Source: a virus | Lineage: Duplodnaviria > Caudoviricetes | IMG/VR virus record: IMGVR_UViG_3300029985_000050 | Coordinates: 1 to 56,130 of that record | Direction: 5' to 3' (one strand) | Length of the DNA: 56,130 nucleotides | Part shown: positions 25,644-34,783 of the stretch, piece after piece | Layout: every line of letters starts with the position of its first letter | How positions within the stretch are numbered: the stretch's first letter is position 1 | Translations under genes and position numbers: made by a program | Notes under the pieces: generated by a model | What the model was told of the DNA's origin: nothing | Databases searched by the model: none | The model's input: only the letters and a program-made list of their open reading frames with translations

Positions 25644-27613
25644 AAAAGCCCAGAGTTTGGACTTACGATTTTGAGACGATCGGGATACAGCGGCGTCCGG
25701 AGTATCCGCCGCGACCGGTGGGCGTCTCGATCCTGAAGCCTGGAAAGCGGACCTCGCACTACTACGCCTTCGGGCACCCCGAAGGGAATAACTGTGGACT
25801 CGCCGAGGCCAAAGCCGCCCTCAAGGAGATGTGGGATTCCGGCGACCAGATTTTGGCGCATAGCCAAAAGTTCGATTACGACGTCGCCACCACCCACATG
25901 GGGATGCCTGAGATCCCTTGGCATCGGCTGGAAGACACCCTCTTCCTCCTCTTCCTCAACAACCCCTACTCCCTCGACCTGAAGCTGAAGCCCGCCTCCG
26001 AGCGGCTCCTGGGCATGAAGCCCGAAGAGCGCGACGTGGTGAAGGAGTGGGTCCTCGCCAACGTGCCCGAGATGCAACGAGGATACCCATGGCCGAAGAC
26101 GAACCACTGGGGCCGCAAGTTCAAGAAGCCCGAGTGGGGGGCCTACATCTGCCGCGCGCCCGGTGGGCTCGTGGGGAAGTACGCCGACGGCGACGTGGTG
26201 CGCACCAAGGCGTTGTTCACCAAGCTCTGGCCCTCGGTCCAGGCGCGGGGCATGGGCCCGGCGTACGATACCGAGCGCGAACTCATGCCGATCCTCCTGG
26301 AGAACGAGCGGGCCGGTGTCCGCCTGGATCTCCCCGCTGCGAAGAAGGCCCACGCCGACCTGAAGCGCGGGATCGAGGTCTGCGACGCTTGGCTGCGCAA
26401 GGCGCTCAAGGCCCCGGAGCTGGAGGTCGACAACGACCAGCAACTCGTGGCCGCGCTGGAGAAGGCCGACGCCGTCACCCACTGGACGATGACCAAGCCG
26501 ACGAAGACGCACCCCGATGGGCAGAAGTCGGTCTCCAAGGACAACCTCCCACCCACATGCTTCCGCGACCAGAAGATTGCCCGCACGCTGGGGTACCGGA
26601 ACCGGGCGCAGACGCTCATGGCCGTGTTCCTGGAGCACTGGATCGACATGGCCGAGGCCACCGGTGGCCGGATCCACACCAGCTGGAACCAGGTCAAGGG
26701 CGCAGGCGCGTTCGGTGATGCTGGCGCTGGCACCGGGCGAATGTCTTCGGCCCCGAACTTCCAGAACATCCCGCAGAAGTGGGAGAAGCCAAAGTCGAAG
26801 AGCCCGGACAAGTTCGTCCACCCTACGCACCTCCGTTCGCTCATCCACCTGCCTCTGGCGCGGGCCTTCCTGCTCCCCGACGAGGGAATGGTTTGGCTGA
26901 AGCGCGACTATTCCCAACAGGAGTACCGTGCCCTGGGGCACTTCGAGGACGGTTTGCTCGCCAACGAGTACCGCACCAACGAGAAGACGGACATCCACGT
27001 GTTCGTCCACGATCAGATTCAAAACATCACCGGCCAAGACCTTCCTCGTGAAACTGTCAAGACGACGGACTTCGGGATGCTGTATGGGATGGGGATCACG
27101 AAGCTCGCCCAGAAGCTAGGCATCCCGGTGGAGGAGGCCAAGCGGATCAAGAACGCCTGGAAGAAGGCCCTGCCCGACGTCGTGTCGCTGGACGAGGAGA
27201 TCAAACACCTGATGAAGATCGGAGGGATCCTGCGCACCTGGGGCGGTCGGGAATACCCGGTCAAGCCGCCGGTGGAGAAGAAGGACGAGGGCCGCTGGCA
27301 GACGTTCGAGTACAAGTCGCTCAACGACCTGATCCAGGGTTCGTCGGCCGACTGCACGAAGCGCGCGATGATCGAGTGGGCCAAGAAGAAGGGATCTGCC
27401 CGGTTCCTGATCCAGGTCCACGACGAGCTCAACATCTGCGCACCGGCGAAGGACGCCGCGCGCGAGATGAACATCCTGCGGGAAGCGATGGACTCCGTGG
27501 GGATCAAGTTCGGGGAGGAGCCTTCCGACGATGGGCGGTTCCGGGTCCCGATGTCTTCCGAAGGCGCCAAGAGCGAAACCAACTGGGCGGAAATCGAAAA
27601 ATGGGAACCATGA
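25640..27613 (+). CDS. Family A DNA polymerase with 3'-5' exonuclease
   Basis: ExoI YDFET; TGRMSSAPNFQNIP; motif A DYSQQEYR; motif B RETVKTTDFGMLYG; motif C QVHDE. Confidence 0.95.
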   Translation: MKKPRVWTYDFETIGIQRRPEYPPRPVGVSILKPGKRTSHYYAFGHPEGNNCGLAEAKAALKEMWDSGDQILAHSQKFDYDVATTHMGMPEIPWHRLEDTLFLLFLNNPYSLDLKLKPASERLLGMKPEERDVVKEWVLANVPEMQRGYPWPKTNHWGRKFKKPEWGAYICRAPGGLVGKYADGDVVRTKALFTKLWPSVQARGMGPAYDTERELMPILLENERAGVRLDLPAAKKAHADLKRGIEVCDAWLRKALKAPELEVDNDQQLVAALEKADAVTHWTMTKPTKTHPDGQKSVSKDNLPPTCFRDQKIARTLGYRNRAQTLMAVFLEHWIDMAEATGGRIHTSWNQVKGAGAFGDAGAGTGRMSSAPNFQNIPQKWEKPKSKSPDKFVHPTHLRSLIHLPLARAFLLPDEGMVWLKRDYSQQEYRALGHFEDGLLANEYRTNEKTDIHVFVHDQIQNITGQDLPRETVKTTDFGMLYGMGITKLAQKLGIPVEEAKRIKNAWKKALPDVVSLDEEIKHLMKIGGILRTWGGREYPVKPPVEKKDEGRWQTFEYKSLNDLIQGSSADCTKRAMIEWAKKKGSARFLIQVHDELNICAPAKDAAREMNILREAMDSVGIKFGEEPSDDGRFRVPMSSEGAKSETNWAEIEKWEP

Positions 27614-28524
27614 AAGAGCCGAAATTCAACCCCTCCGCGCTCCTTAAGGCCGAGGCCAAGAAGTTCGCCACCCTTGACAAGCCCCCGGCCCTGAAGGTCG
27701 TGCCGAAGCGGGAGCCGGTGCGCGCGGTGAAGCGGGGAGCGCCCACGCCCCAAAGCTCTCTGGCCGATGTGGTCGTGGAGATGAACTTCTCCCGGCTGAA
27801 GTCCTGGAGCCTCTCCGCCTACAAGGACTACAAGAAGTGCCCCCGGGCGCTGGCGCTCAAGCGCATCGCCAAGATCAAGGAACCCGACTCCCCGGCGATG
27901 GCCCGCGGCACGTTCGCCCACTCCGTCTGCGAGAAGTTCGTGAAGAAGGAGATCTCCTGGGAGACCGCCGTCGCCGAGGCCAAGAAGGCCGGGGACAAGA
28001 CCCTCTACGGCAAGAAGGCCAATCCCATCGACCTCGAACCCTTGAAGGAGTACCTCCACGCCGCCCAAAAGAAGCAGGTCGTGGTGGAGGGCGACTGGGC
28101 GTTCGTGGAGAACTGGGACGACGGCGACTGGTTCAAGAACGCATGGCTGCGGATGAAGCTGGACGTGGGCCTGCGGGTGAAGGCGGGCGTCTACGAGGTC
28201 ACCGACTGGAAGACCGGTCGGATCTACGACGACCACAAGGAAGAGGAGGACCTCTACGTCCTGGCCATGTTCCTCAAGTTCCCGGACGCCCGCGAGGTCC
28301 GCGCCGTGTTCGGGTACCTGGACCAGGGAAAGATCGAGACCTCGGGCAGGGTGTACCGCCGCGAGGAGATGGGCGCGCTGGCCGATCGGTGGGAGAAGAA
28401 GGTGAAGCCCATGATGAGTGACACCACGTTCCCATGCAAGCCGAATCCGTTCTGCCAGTGGTGTTTTTTCCGTGCGGCGAACGCCGCGAATTTGCCAGGG
28501 GGGAAGAAGCTATGCCGTTTCTAA
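27610..28524 (+). CDS. PD-(D/E)XK (Cas4/RecB-like) exonuclease
   Basis: WSLS..CP, RGTFAH, MKLD..VTDWKTG, C-terminal CQWC. Confidence 0.85.
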   Translation: MKEPKFNPSALLKAEAKKFATLDKPPALKVVPKREPVRAVKRGAPTPQSSLADVVVEMNFSRLKSWSLSAYKDYKKCPRALALKRIAKIKEPDSPAMARGTFAHSVCEKFVKKEISWETAVAEAKKAGDKTLYGKKANPIDLEPLKEYLHAAQKKQVVVEGDWAFVENWDDGDWFKNAWLRMKLDVGLRVKAGVYEVTDWKTGRIYDDHKEEEDLYVLAMFLKFPDAREVRAVFGYLDQGKIETSGRVYRREEMGALADRWEKKVKPMMSDTTFPCKPNPFCQWCFFRAANAANLPGGKKLCRF

Positions 28525-28639
28525 GATTCATCGGATGTATGGGGCTTCTCGGCCTCGCGGTAGGGGTTATCATCACCGTTTTCGGGACCGGCCTTCTACT
28601 GGTCCCCATGCTGCTCTGCTGGGTGTTCGGGGTTCGGCT

Positions 28640-29023
28640 ATGAGCGGCGCGTGGAAGTCCATCTCAGTGGATCAGCTTGAGAAGCACTTCGTCGACGGGA
28701 TGTCCTTCGCCATCATGCGGGGCCAGGTCGAGTGCGGCGAAATACGCTTGGAGGACACCCCGAAGGAGTTCCAGAAGACCCTCCGCGAAGACGAGCGGCA
28801 GGCCCACAGCAAGTGGGAGCGCGAGAAGCTGGTGCGCGAAACTCCGATGGCTCCGTGCCCGTTCTGCGGAGGCCCTGCCGAGGCGTGGGCGGAGTCCGGG
28901 CCGATGGAGATGGGCGGAAGCTCCACCAAGCACCACGTTGGGTGTCGGTCCTGCGGGGCGGGCGTGCGCACGGAGGATCCTCTGCGGTCGCGGCAGGGTT
29001 GGAACCGGAGGGTCGAACGATGA
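28640..29023 (+). CDS. Protein with Lar (restriction alleviation)-like Zn ribbon
   Basis: PCPFCGG...CRSCGA...WNRR. Confidence 0.65.
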   Translation: MSGAWKSISVDQLEKHFVDGMSFAIMRGQVECGEIRLEDTPKEFQKTLREDERQAHSKWEREKLVRETPMAPCPFCGGPAEAWAESGPMEMGGSSTKHHVGCRSCGAGVRTEDPLRSRQGWNRRVER

Positions 29024-29367
29024 GCGCCGGCGAAGATCTGAAGAACTCCTGGCTGATCGCGGCGCACGCCCTCCACGAGGCGGAACTCGTGGTGGGCCTG
29101 CGGAAAAAGGACGCCGAAAAAGCCTTCGCAGCGTACCGAGAAACCCTGGGCGTGGTCTACGTCTGCGCCACGGCCCTGCTTGCCACCGGCGAAAAGCTCT
29201 CCTTCACGATGCATACCTTGTACGAAAGCCCCCGCACCCTGGAGAATCTGCGAAGCCTGACCGTCAGCGCAGTGCGTGCCAAAGGGGTGTGTCTGTGGAT
29301 CCAGGTGGAGCACTCCATCGCGGCTACTGAGTGGGACGCCGTCCGAAAGCTCGGGGTTGGCGAATGA
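29020..29367 (+). CDS. Hypothetical protein
   Basis: GGAGG RBS, ATGA overlap. Confidence 0.6.
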   Translation: MSAGEDLKNSWLIAAHALHEAELVVGLRKKDAEKAFAAYRETLGVVYVCATALLATGEKLSFTMHTLYESPRTLENLRSLTVSAVRAKGVCLWIQVEHSIAATEWDAVRKLGVGE

Positions 29368-29993
29368 GACACCTCCTCGAATCCGCACACCAGCGGAAGG
29401 TCGTCAACTTCGCCCGTGGGCTCGGGATCCAGGTCACCAAGCTGAACCCCATGGGGCAGAACGGCTGGCCGGATCTTCTGGTCGCCATCCCCGGTGGGAA
29501 GGCGTTGTTCATCGAGATGAAACAGCCGGGCAAGGAGCCCACGAAACTTCAACTGCACATCCACGCGATGCTGCGAGATCAGGGGTACGACTGTGCCACA
29601 GCCCAAAGCCACGAAGAAGGCAAAGCCCTCGTTTCTGACCGCCTTCGAGAACTCGTCCGCACCGGTCGAGGCGGGATCCTCACGGAAGCGGCGCGGCAGC
29701 ACGCCGGAAGTTGCGGTGAAGGCGCAGAGTTGGAAGTGCCACGACTACCAAAGGAAGGCTGCCCAGTTCCTCGTGGATCGCGCGGCGGCAGGTCTGTTCC
29801 TGGACCCGGGCCTGGGGAAGACGTCCTCCACCCTGGCCGCCCTGGTGAAGCTCAAGGAGAAGGGCTTGTTCCGCCACGCGCTGATCCTCGCCCCGCTGCG
29901 CGTCGCACGAAACGTGTGGCCGGCGGAGGTCAAGAAGTGGAAGGAGTTCTCCCACCTGCGGGTCGTGGTGCTCCACGGCCCGAAGAAGGATGA
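29364..29993 (+). CDS. VRR-NUC domain nuclease (3' part overlaps the helicase)
   Basis: GWPDLL...FIEMKQPG..PTKLQ...LRDQG. Confidence 0.8.
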   Translation: MRHLLESAHQRKVVNFARGLGIQVTKLNPMGQNGWPDLLVAIPGGKALFIEMKQPGKEPTKLQLHIHAMLRDQGYDCATAQSHEEGKALVSDRLRELVRTGRGGILTEAARQHAGSCGEGAELEVPRLPKEGCPVPRGSRGGRSVPGPGPGEDVLHPGRPGEAQGEGLVPPRADPRPAARRTKRVAGGGQEVEGVLPPAGRGAPRPEEG

Positions 29994-31152
29994 TCTTCTC
30001 AAGGAAGAGGCCGACATCTATGTGATGAACTACGAGGGCCTGGATTGGCTCTTGGGTGCGACGCAGAAGCGCGATTGGACCGGGAAGACGAAAACTGTCT
30101 ACACCCACGAGAACTTCAACAAGATCTCGCCGGAGATCCTTATTTGCGACGAAGTCTCGAAGTGCAAGTCCACCGCGACAAGTCGCTTCAAGGCCTTGCG
30201 CACCGTTCTTCCGAAATTTTCTCGCCGGTGGATCCTCACCGGCTCGCCTGCGCCCAACGGGATGCTCGACCTCTTCGGACAGGTTTTCGTCCTGGACCTG
30301 GGCAAGGCCCTGGGCCAGTTCATCACCCGCTACAAGCTCGACTACTTCATTCCACTGGATCGCAACGGCTGGAAGTGGCAGATCAAGAAGGGTGCGGAGG
30401 AGACCATCTACGAGAAGCTCCGGCCCTACGTCCTGCGGCTGGCCGCCGAGGACTACTTGGAACTTCCGGAACTGATCGAGAACAACATCGTGGTGGACCT
30501 CCCCCCGAAGGCCCGGAGGGTCTACGAGGAGTTGGAGGACGAGTTCCTCTCCGAGCTGGACGACGGGATGAAGTTGCTCGCGCCGTCGGCCGCCGCCGTG
30601 CGGATTCGTATTTCGCAAATCGCGAACGGGGCATGCTACGACGACCGCGGCGAGAAGACCTGGACCCACTTCCACGACGAGAAGACGGACGCCCTGGTGG
30701 ACCTCGTGGACGAGTTGCAAGGTTCGCCACTTCTGGTGGCCTATGCCTTCCGGCACGACCAGGAGAGGATCCTGAAGGCATTGGGGAAAGACACCCCGTT
30801 CCTCGGCCAGGGTGTGTCGCCCGCACGGGAGGCGGAGATCATCCGCGACTGGAACCTGGGGAAGATCCCGGTGCTCCTGGGCCATCCCGCCTCGATGGGG
30901 CACGGGCTCAACCTCCAGGGCGCGGGGAATCACGTCTGTTGGTACGGCCTCACCTACGACTTCGAGCTGTACGACCAGTTCAACCGGCGTGTCCTCCGAC
31001 AGGGGAACACACACAAGCACGTCACGGTCCACCACATCGTTGCCAGGGACACGGTGGACGAGGTGATCCTCCGCGCACTACGGCGGAAAGAGAAAAGCCA
31101 AGGGGCGCTCCTGGATGCGCTCAAGAACTACAAGAAGGAGAAGCAAAAGTGA
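29593..31152 (+). CDS. SNF2-type SF2 helicase (true start probably near 29716)
   Basis: HDYQ, LDPGLGKT, ICDEVS, LTGSPAPN, GHGLNLQ, QFNRRVLRQG. Confidence 0.92.
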   Translation: MPQPKATKKAKPSFLTAFENSSAPVEAGSSRKRRGSTPEVAVKAQSWKCHDYQRKAAQFLVDRAAAGLFLDPGLGKTSSTLAALVKLKEKGLFRHALILAPLRVARNVWPAEVKKWKEFSHLRVVVLHGPKKDDLLKEEADIYVMNYEGLDWLLGATQKRDWTGKTKTVYTHENFNKISPEILICDEVSKCKSTATSRFKALRTVLPKFSRRWILTGSPAPNGMLDLFGQVFVLDLGKALGQFITRYKLDYFIPLDRNGWKWQIKKGAEETIYEKLRPYVLRLAAEDYLELPELIENNIVVDLPPKARRVYEELEDEFLSELDDGMKLLAPSAAAVRIRISQIANGACYDDRGEKTWTHFHDEKTDALVDLVDELQGSPLLVAYAFRHDQERILKALGKDTPFLGQGVSPAREAEIIRDWNLGKIPVLLGHPASMGHGLNLQGAGNHVCWYGLTYDFELYDQFNRRVLRQGNTHKHVTVHHIVARDTVDEVILRALRRKEKSQGALLDALKNYKKEKQK

Positions 31153-31760
31153 CCAACCGCATCATGCTCGATCTGGAGACCCTGGGCACCAAGCCCGGCT
31201 CCGTCATCCTCGCCATCGGGGCCGTCCGTTTCGACGAGACGGGGATCCTGGGCGAGGGCTTCTACACGAACGTCAACCCGGAGTCCGCCGTCGAGGCGGG
31301 GCTCACGATCGACGTCTCCACGATCATGTGGTGGCTCCAGCAATCCGACGAGGCCCGCAAGGGTCTGGTCGCCGGCGAGGCGATGCTCCTGCCCCAGGCG
31401 CTCCATGCGTTCGGGCGTTGGGCGCTGGCCCCGGGCGGCGTGGTGAACTCCCACGAGGACATCGTGCAGGTGGAAGAGTTGTGGGGGAACGGGTCGGACT
31501 TCGACAACGTCCTTCTGGCCCACGCATTCACCGCCGCAGGCCTTCCCCAGCCGTGGAGCCACCGTGCGAACCGGGACTACCGGACCCTGTGGGCGCTGGC
31601 CCCGGACGTTCCGTACGTGAAGCCGGTGATCGCCCACAACGCGCTGGAGGACGCCAAGGCGCAGGCGATTCACGCGATCGAGATCCTGAAGGTGCTCAAG
31701 GGCGGCGCGACGGAGTTGCCTGTGGAAGGTGCAGCCCCTTCGGCAGGAGAGATCTCATGA
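31149..31760 (+). CDS. DEDDh 3'-5' exonuclease (Rv2179c-like)
   Basis: MLDLETLG, WGNGSDFD, RDYRT, HNALEDA. Confidence 0.88.
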   Translation: MTNRIMLDLETLGTKPGSVILAIGAVRFDETGILGEGFYTNVNPESAVEAGLTIDVSTIMWWLQQSDEARKGLVAGEAMLLPQALHAFGRWALAPGGVVNSHEDIVQVEELWGNGSDFDNVLLAHAFTAAGLPQPWSHRANRDYRTLWALAPDVPYVKPVIAHNALEDAKAQAIHAIEILKVLKGGATELPVEGAAPSAGEIS

Positions 31761-31944
31761 AGTGGCTTAAGCCCGCCAGACAGTTCAGCATCAAAATAGA
31801 AGCGGAAGACGTGTGCTTCCACATAGAGGGCGCGAACGCCGAAGAGACCTACACCCTGTGGCAGAGGGTCCGTCGGGCTATCGCTCACAACGACTACGGG
31901 AAGCCGCAGGGCTGACCTCCACAGAAGAAACCCGCAAAACCCAC

Positions 31945-31974
31945 TTGACAGTTATCAAGCAGGCAAGATATATT
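31945..31974 (+). promoter_or_regulatory. Sigma70-type promoter
   Basis: TTGACA-18 bp-TATATT. Confidence 0.65.
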
Positions 31975-32046
31975 CAGTACTCAACAAGGTGAAGTCGGCG
32001 AGGTGCCGTAGCTTCGCCGACGAAACCAAGATCAGGGAGATCTCAA

Positions 32047-32412
32047 ATGTCCGAAACCGCCACCATCGTCAAAGCCAAGGGCGGACGCCCTTCCGAGTAC
32101 GCCGGCAAGTCCATCGCCGTCGTCGCCACGAAGGAAGTCATCAAGGGCTACAAGTCCAAGTCGCCCGGCGTGACCGCCGCGATCAAGGCGATCCTCGCCA
32201 CCAAGAACTCCACCAAGGTCGCCGCTGCGATCAAGGGCGGAACCTCCGTCACGGAGGCTCTCGTGGCCGACGTGAAGAAGGCCCCCAAAGTCGAGGTGCT
32301 CCTGGGCGTCGACGTGTACTTCATCGAGAAGGACGGCACGCAGGACTTGGTGAAGATCGGGACCGCCCACATCCGCCGGGCCATCGCCGAGAACTTGATC
32401 GTCGTGGCGTGA
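32047..32412 (+). CDS. Lys/Ala-rich hypothetical protein
   Basis: GGAG RBS, own promoter and terminator. Confidence 0.7.
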   Translation: MSETATIVKAKGGRPSEYAGKSIAVVATKEVIKGYKSKSPGVTAAIKAILATKNSTKVAAAIKGGTSVTEALVADVKKAPKVEVLLGVDVYFIEKDGTQDLVKIGTAHIRRAIAENLIVVA

Positions 32413-32419
32413 GTCCGGC

Positions 32420-32450
32420 ACCCCTCCGGTCGGGAGAACGGAGGGGTTTT
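32420..32450 (+). terminator. Rho-independent terminator
   Basis: ACCCCTCCG/CGGAGGGGT stem followed by Ts. Confidence 0.6.
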
Positions 32451-32671
32451 GAATGGTGAGATACAAGTGCCGTAACCGCGTCACGAGTAGGCCGAACCCC
32501 GGAAGGGTCTAGGCCAAAAACTGACCGCTAACCGGCTGGAAACGTTCGCCAGATTGCTCCGCCTCGGCTCAGGCGGTATGGACCGTAGAAGTCGCCGGAT
32601 TTAAGGCACCCTGGAAAGACGGGGCGATTCTCCAAAGGGGTACACCGGAAACGGACCTGCTGGAGGCGGTT

Positions 32672-32767
32672 TGGGCAGTAGCTCCAGCGGTAGAGCACCT
32701 GAAGTACGGTCGCCGGAAGCGGTTGCAAGAATTCAGGAGGTGCATGGTTCGAATCCTTGATGCCCAT
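32672..32767 (+). ncRNA. tRNA-like RNA with expanded anticodon loop
   Basis: Acceptor TGGGCA/TGCCCA; D arm TAGCTC..GGTAGAGC; stem CCTGAA/TTCAGG around 28 nt; T loop GGTTCGAATCC; no CCA; anticodon not assignable. Confidence 0.65.
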
Positions 32768-32800
32768 TTGCAAGAACCCTTCAACCAAAGGAACCCAACC

Positions 32801-33043
32801 ATGAAGAAAACCATCCTCACCCTGGCGCTCGTCGCCTCCGCGGTGCTCGCAGGGGCCGACTCCTCTGGCGTCGCCAAGGCCCTCACCCGCTTCCGTGCGG
32901 ATACGGCGCTGGCGAACAACCTCTGGCGGCAGGCGGCCCACCAGGACAGCGCGGCGTTCCAGGGCCGTGTCCAGGCGCAGACCATCTACCAACTCGCGGT
33001 CCAGCACCTTTCCGAGGACACCACGAAGGCGGTGAAGAAGTGA
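32801..33043 (+). CDS. Small secreted helical protein (paralog of 44990-45301)
   Basis: MKKTILTLALVASAVLAGA signal; RFRAD..LA / VQAQT.Y.LAV.HLS.DT. Confidence 0.8.
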   Translation: MKKTILTLALVASAVLAGADSSGVAKALTRFRADTALANNLWRQAAHQDSAAFQGRVQAQTIYQLAVQHLSEDTTKAVKK

Positions 33044-33432
33044 GCAACATCGAAACCACCCTGGCCGAGCGCGGCGCGCGCTACGGAGAGTTCCTCGGTC
33101 ACGCGGCCATCACCCAGGCCCTGAAGTCCGTCATGCGGGGGACCCTCCTGGAGGACCTGGGCGACGAGAAGTTCGTGGCCGACCTGGAGGCCGCGCTCGC
33201 GCCGGTGAAGGCCAAGTGGCCCACCCTGCGCTGCGACGTGCGGGAAGGCTGGGAGATGGTCGCCCACAAGCTGGGGCGGTCGTTGAACGGGGATGCGGAG
33301 TGGGCAGAAAATGCCCATGATGGCGCGGGCTACTTAACCTTGGTTGTTAAGCGTCAGGTGGAGGGCCAGGCTCCGAAGAAGCCCGCGATCCTGACCACGG
33401 CGACACGGACCACCGGCGGGAAGCGGCAGTGA
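33040..33432 (+). CDS. DUF6378-like phage protein
   Basis: TLAERGARYGEF...EMVAHKLGRSLNGD...HDGAGYLTLV. Confidence 0.7.
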   Translation: MSNIETTLAERGARYGEFLGHAAITQALKSVMRGTLLEDLGDEKFVADLEAALAPVKAKWPTLRCDVREGWEMVAHKLGRSLNGDAEWAENAHDGAGYLTLVVKRQVEGQAPKKPAILTTATRTTGGKRQ

Positions 33433-33580
33433 CCAAGAGCGAGAACAAAGCTCCCCGGCGTGACCGCACGCTGGAGGAGCTTCGCCGCATCGCCAAGATG
33501 CAGGCGCAGCAACTCGTCAGCCCGCCGCCGAAGCTACGTTTTCGCGACGCGATCCAGCAGCTCGCGGCGGGGGATGAAGC

Positions 33581-34300
33581 ATGAGCGGAGCGTTGACGAT
33601 CGTCTCGGGGAGGCTGGATGCTGAAGACTTCGGAGCCATCGTGACCGCAGGCTTCCAGCCGGTGTTCCTCCCCCTGGAGGAGTACGGCCCATACGAGGCG
33701 TTCATCCGGAGATCCGAGGCCCTGCGCGAGCACGCCCGCGGCACGCACGACACCGTCCTGGTGGACCGTGGGTTCCTGCTCTCCGGCACGCAGTCCCGGA
33801 TGCTGGAGCGCATCGCCCGCGGCCTCTCCGCCACGATCCTCGGGGCACCGTGGCACGGGATCAACCCACAGATCTTCCCGGCGAACCCAGGGCCGGGGAT
33901 CGGGAACTGGGAGGCCAAGATCCTTCTGGTTGGCTCCGGCCCGGCGCAGGGTGGCCAGCCCCCGTTCTGGCCGTACATCTCGTCGCGCCCCGACGGCCCG
34001 GCCACGTGGCTCACGGAGCAACTGGAGCTTGGTGGCGTGCGGGAGCAGGACGTCTACTGGGTGAACGCCCAGACCGTCGCGGACGGCATGCTGGTGGACG
34101 AGTTCTCCGACGTGCTCCGCTCCCGCCCGTGGGACGCTGTGTTCGCCCTGGGCGAGGACGCCTACGGCTGGGCGATGCGCGAAGGGTTCGCGAGCGTCTC
34201 GCTGGAACACTACCCGACTTGGTGGTGGAACTACCGTCCGGGGAAGGACTACCCGGCGGTGCGGGGGATCTGGCAAGCGATAGCTGGGCCAGGGCACTAA
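33581..34300 (+). CDS. Protein with C-terminal uracil-DNA-glycosylase-like domain
   Basis: ILLVGSGP..., YWVNA, VFALGEDA, LEHYP pattern. Confidence 0.45.
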   Translation: MSGALTIVSGRLDAEDFGAIVTAGFQPVFLPLEEYGPYEAFIRRSEALREHARGTHDTVLVDRGFLLSGTQSRMLERIARGLSATILGAPWHGINPQIFPANPGPGIGNWEAKILLVGSGPAQGGQPPFWPYISSRPDGPATWLTEQLELGGVREQDVYWVNAQTVADGMLVDEFSDVLRSRPWDAVFALGEDAYGWAMREGFASVSLEHYPTWWWNYRPGKDYPAVRGIWQAIAGPGH

Positions 34301-34401
34301 GTTTCTGAGTTTTCGCTTGGCACGATCTTTTCCCAAGCAACACCACGCCCGGCGTATTTGGTCGGAACTATATTGCTGACTTCACTGGAGGATTTTCAAC
34401 C

Positions 34402-34782
34402 ATGAGCACCCACGAACAGAACGTCTTCGTCAACATCGGGGACCACCGGCAGGCCATCGACGCTTGGATCGCGTCGCAAGGGCTTTGCCAGTCGGACGTC
34501 CCGGCCCTGCGCGCCGCCGCCAAGAAGTTCGTGAAGCTCACGGAGGCCGAGGCCGCGTTGCCGCCCGAGCGCCGTGAGCGTCTCCAGGAGAGCCGCCGCA
34601 CGGAATCCGCCCGGGTGCTCGCCGCGATCAACGGGATCTACCCCCACCTCAAGCCCAGGCGTACGCTGACCTCCGCAGTCTCGGAGGCTTTGCGAAAGCA
34701 CCTGGAGGGCGTCCGAAACGAGCCGGACGTGCGCACCACGTTCCAGGAACTGCAGCCGAGCACATCCGCCCTGGCCCGGTGA
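34402..34782 (+). CDS. Hypothetical protein
   Basis: GGAGG RBS. Confidence 0.65.
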   Translation: MSTHEQNVFVNIGDHRQAIDAWIASQGLCQSDVPALRAAAKKFVKLTEAEAALPPERRERLQESRRTESARVLAAINGIYPHLKPRRTLTSAVSEALRKHLEGVRNEPDVRTTFQELQPSTSALAR

Positions 34783-34783
34783 G

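Noticed and set aside
25640-27613. Z-base (DpoZ) polymerase
   Set aside because: No purZ or datZ recognisable in the window; motifs alone are insufficient
27610-28524. Cas4 as part of a CRISPR system
   Set aside because: No other cas genes or array; typical stand-alone phage exonuclease
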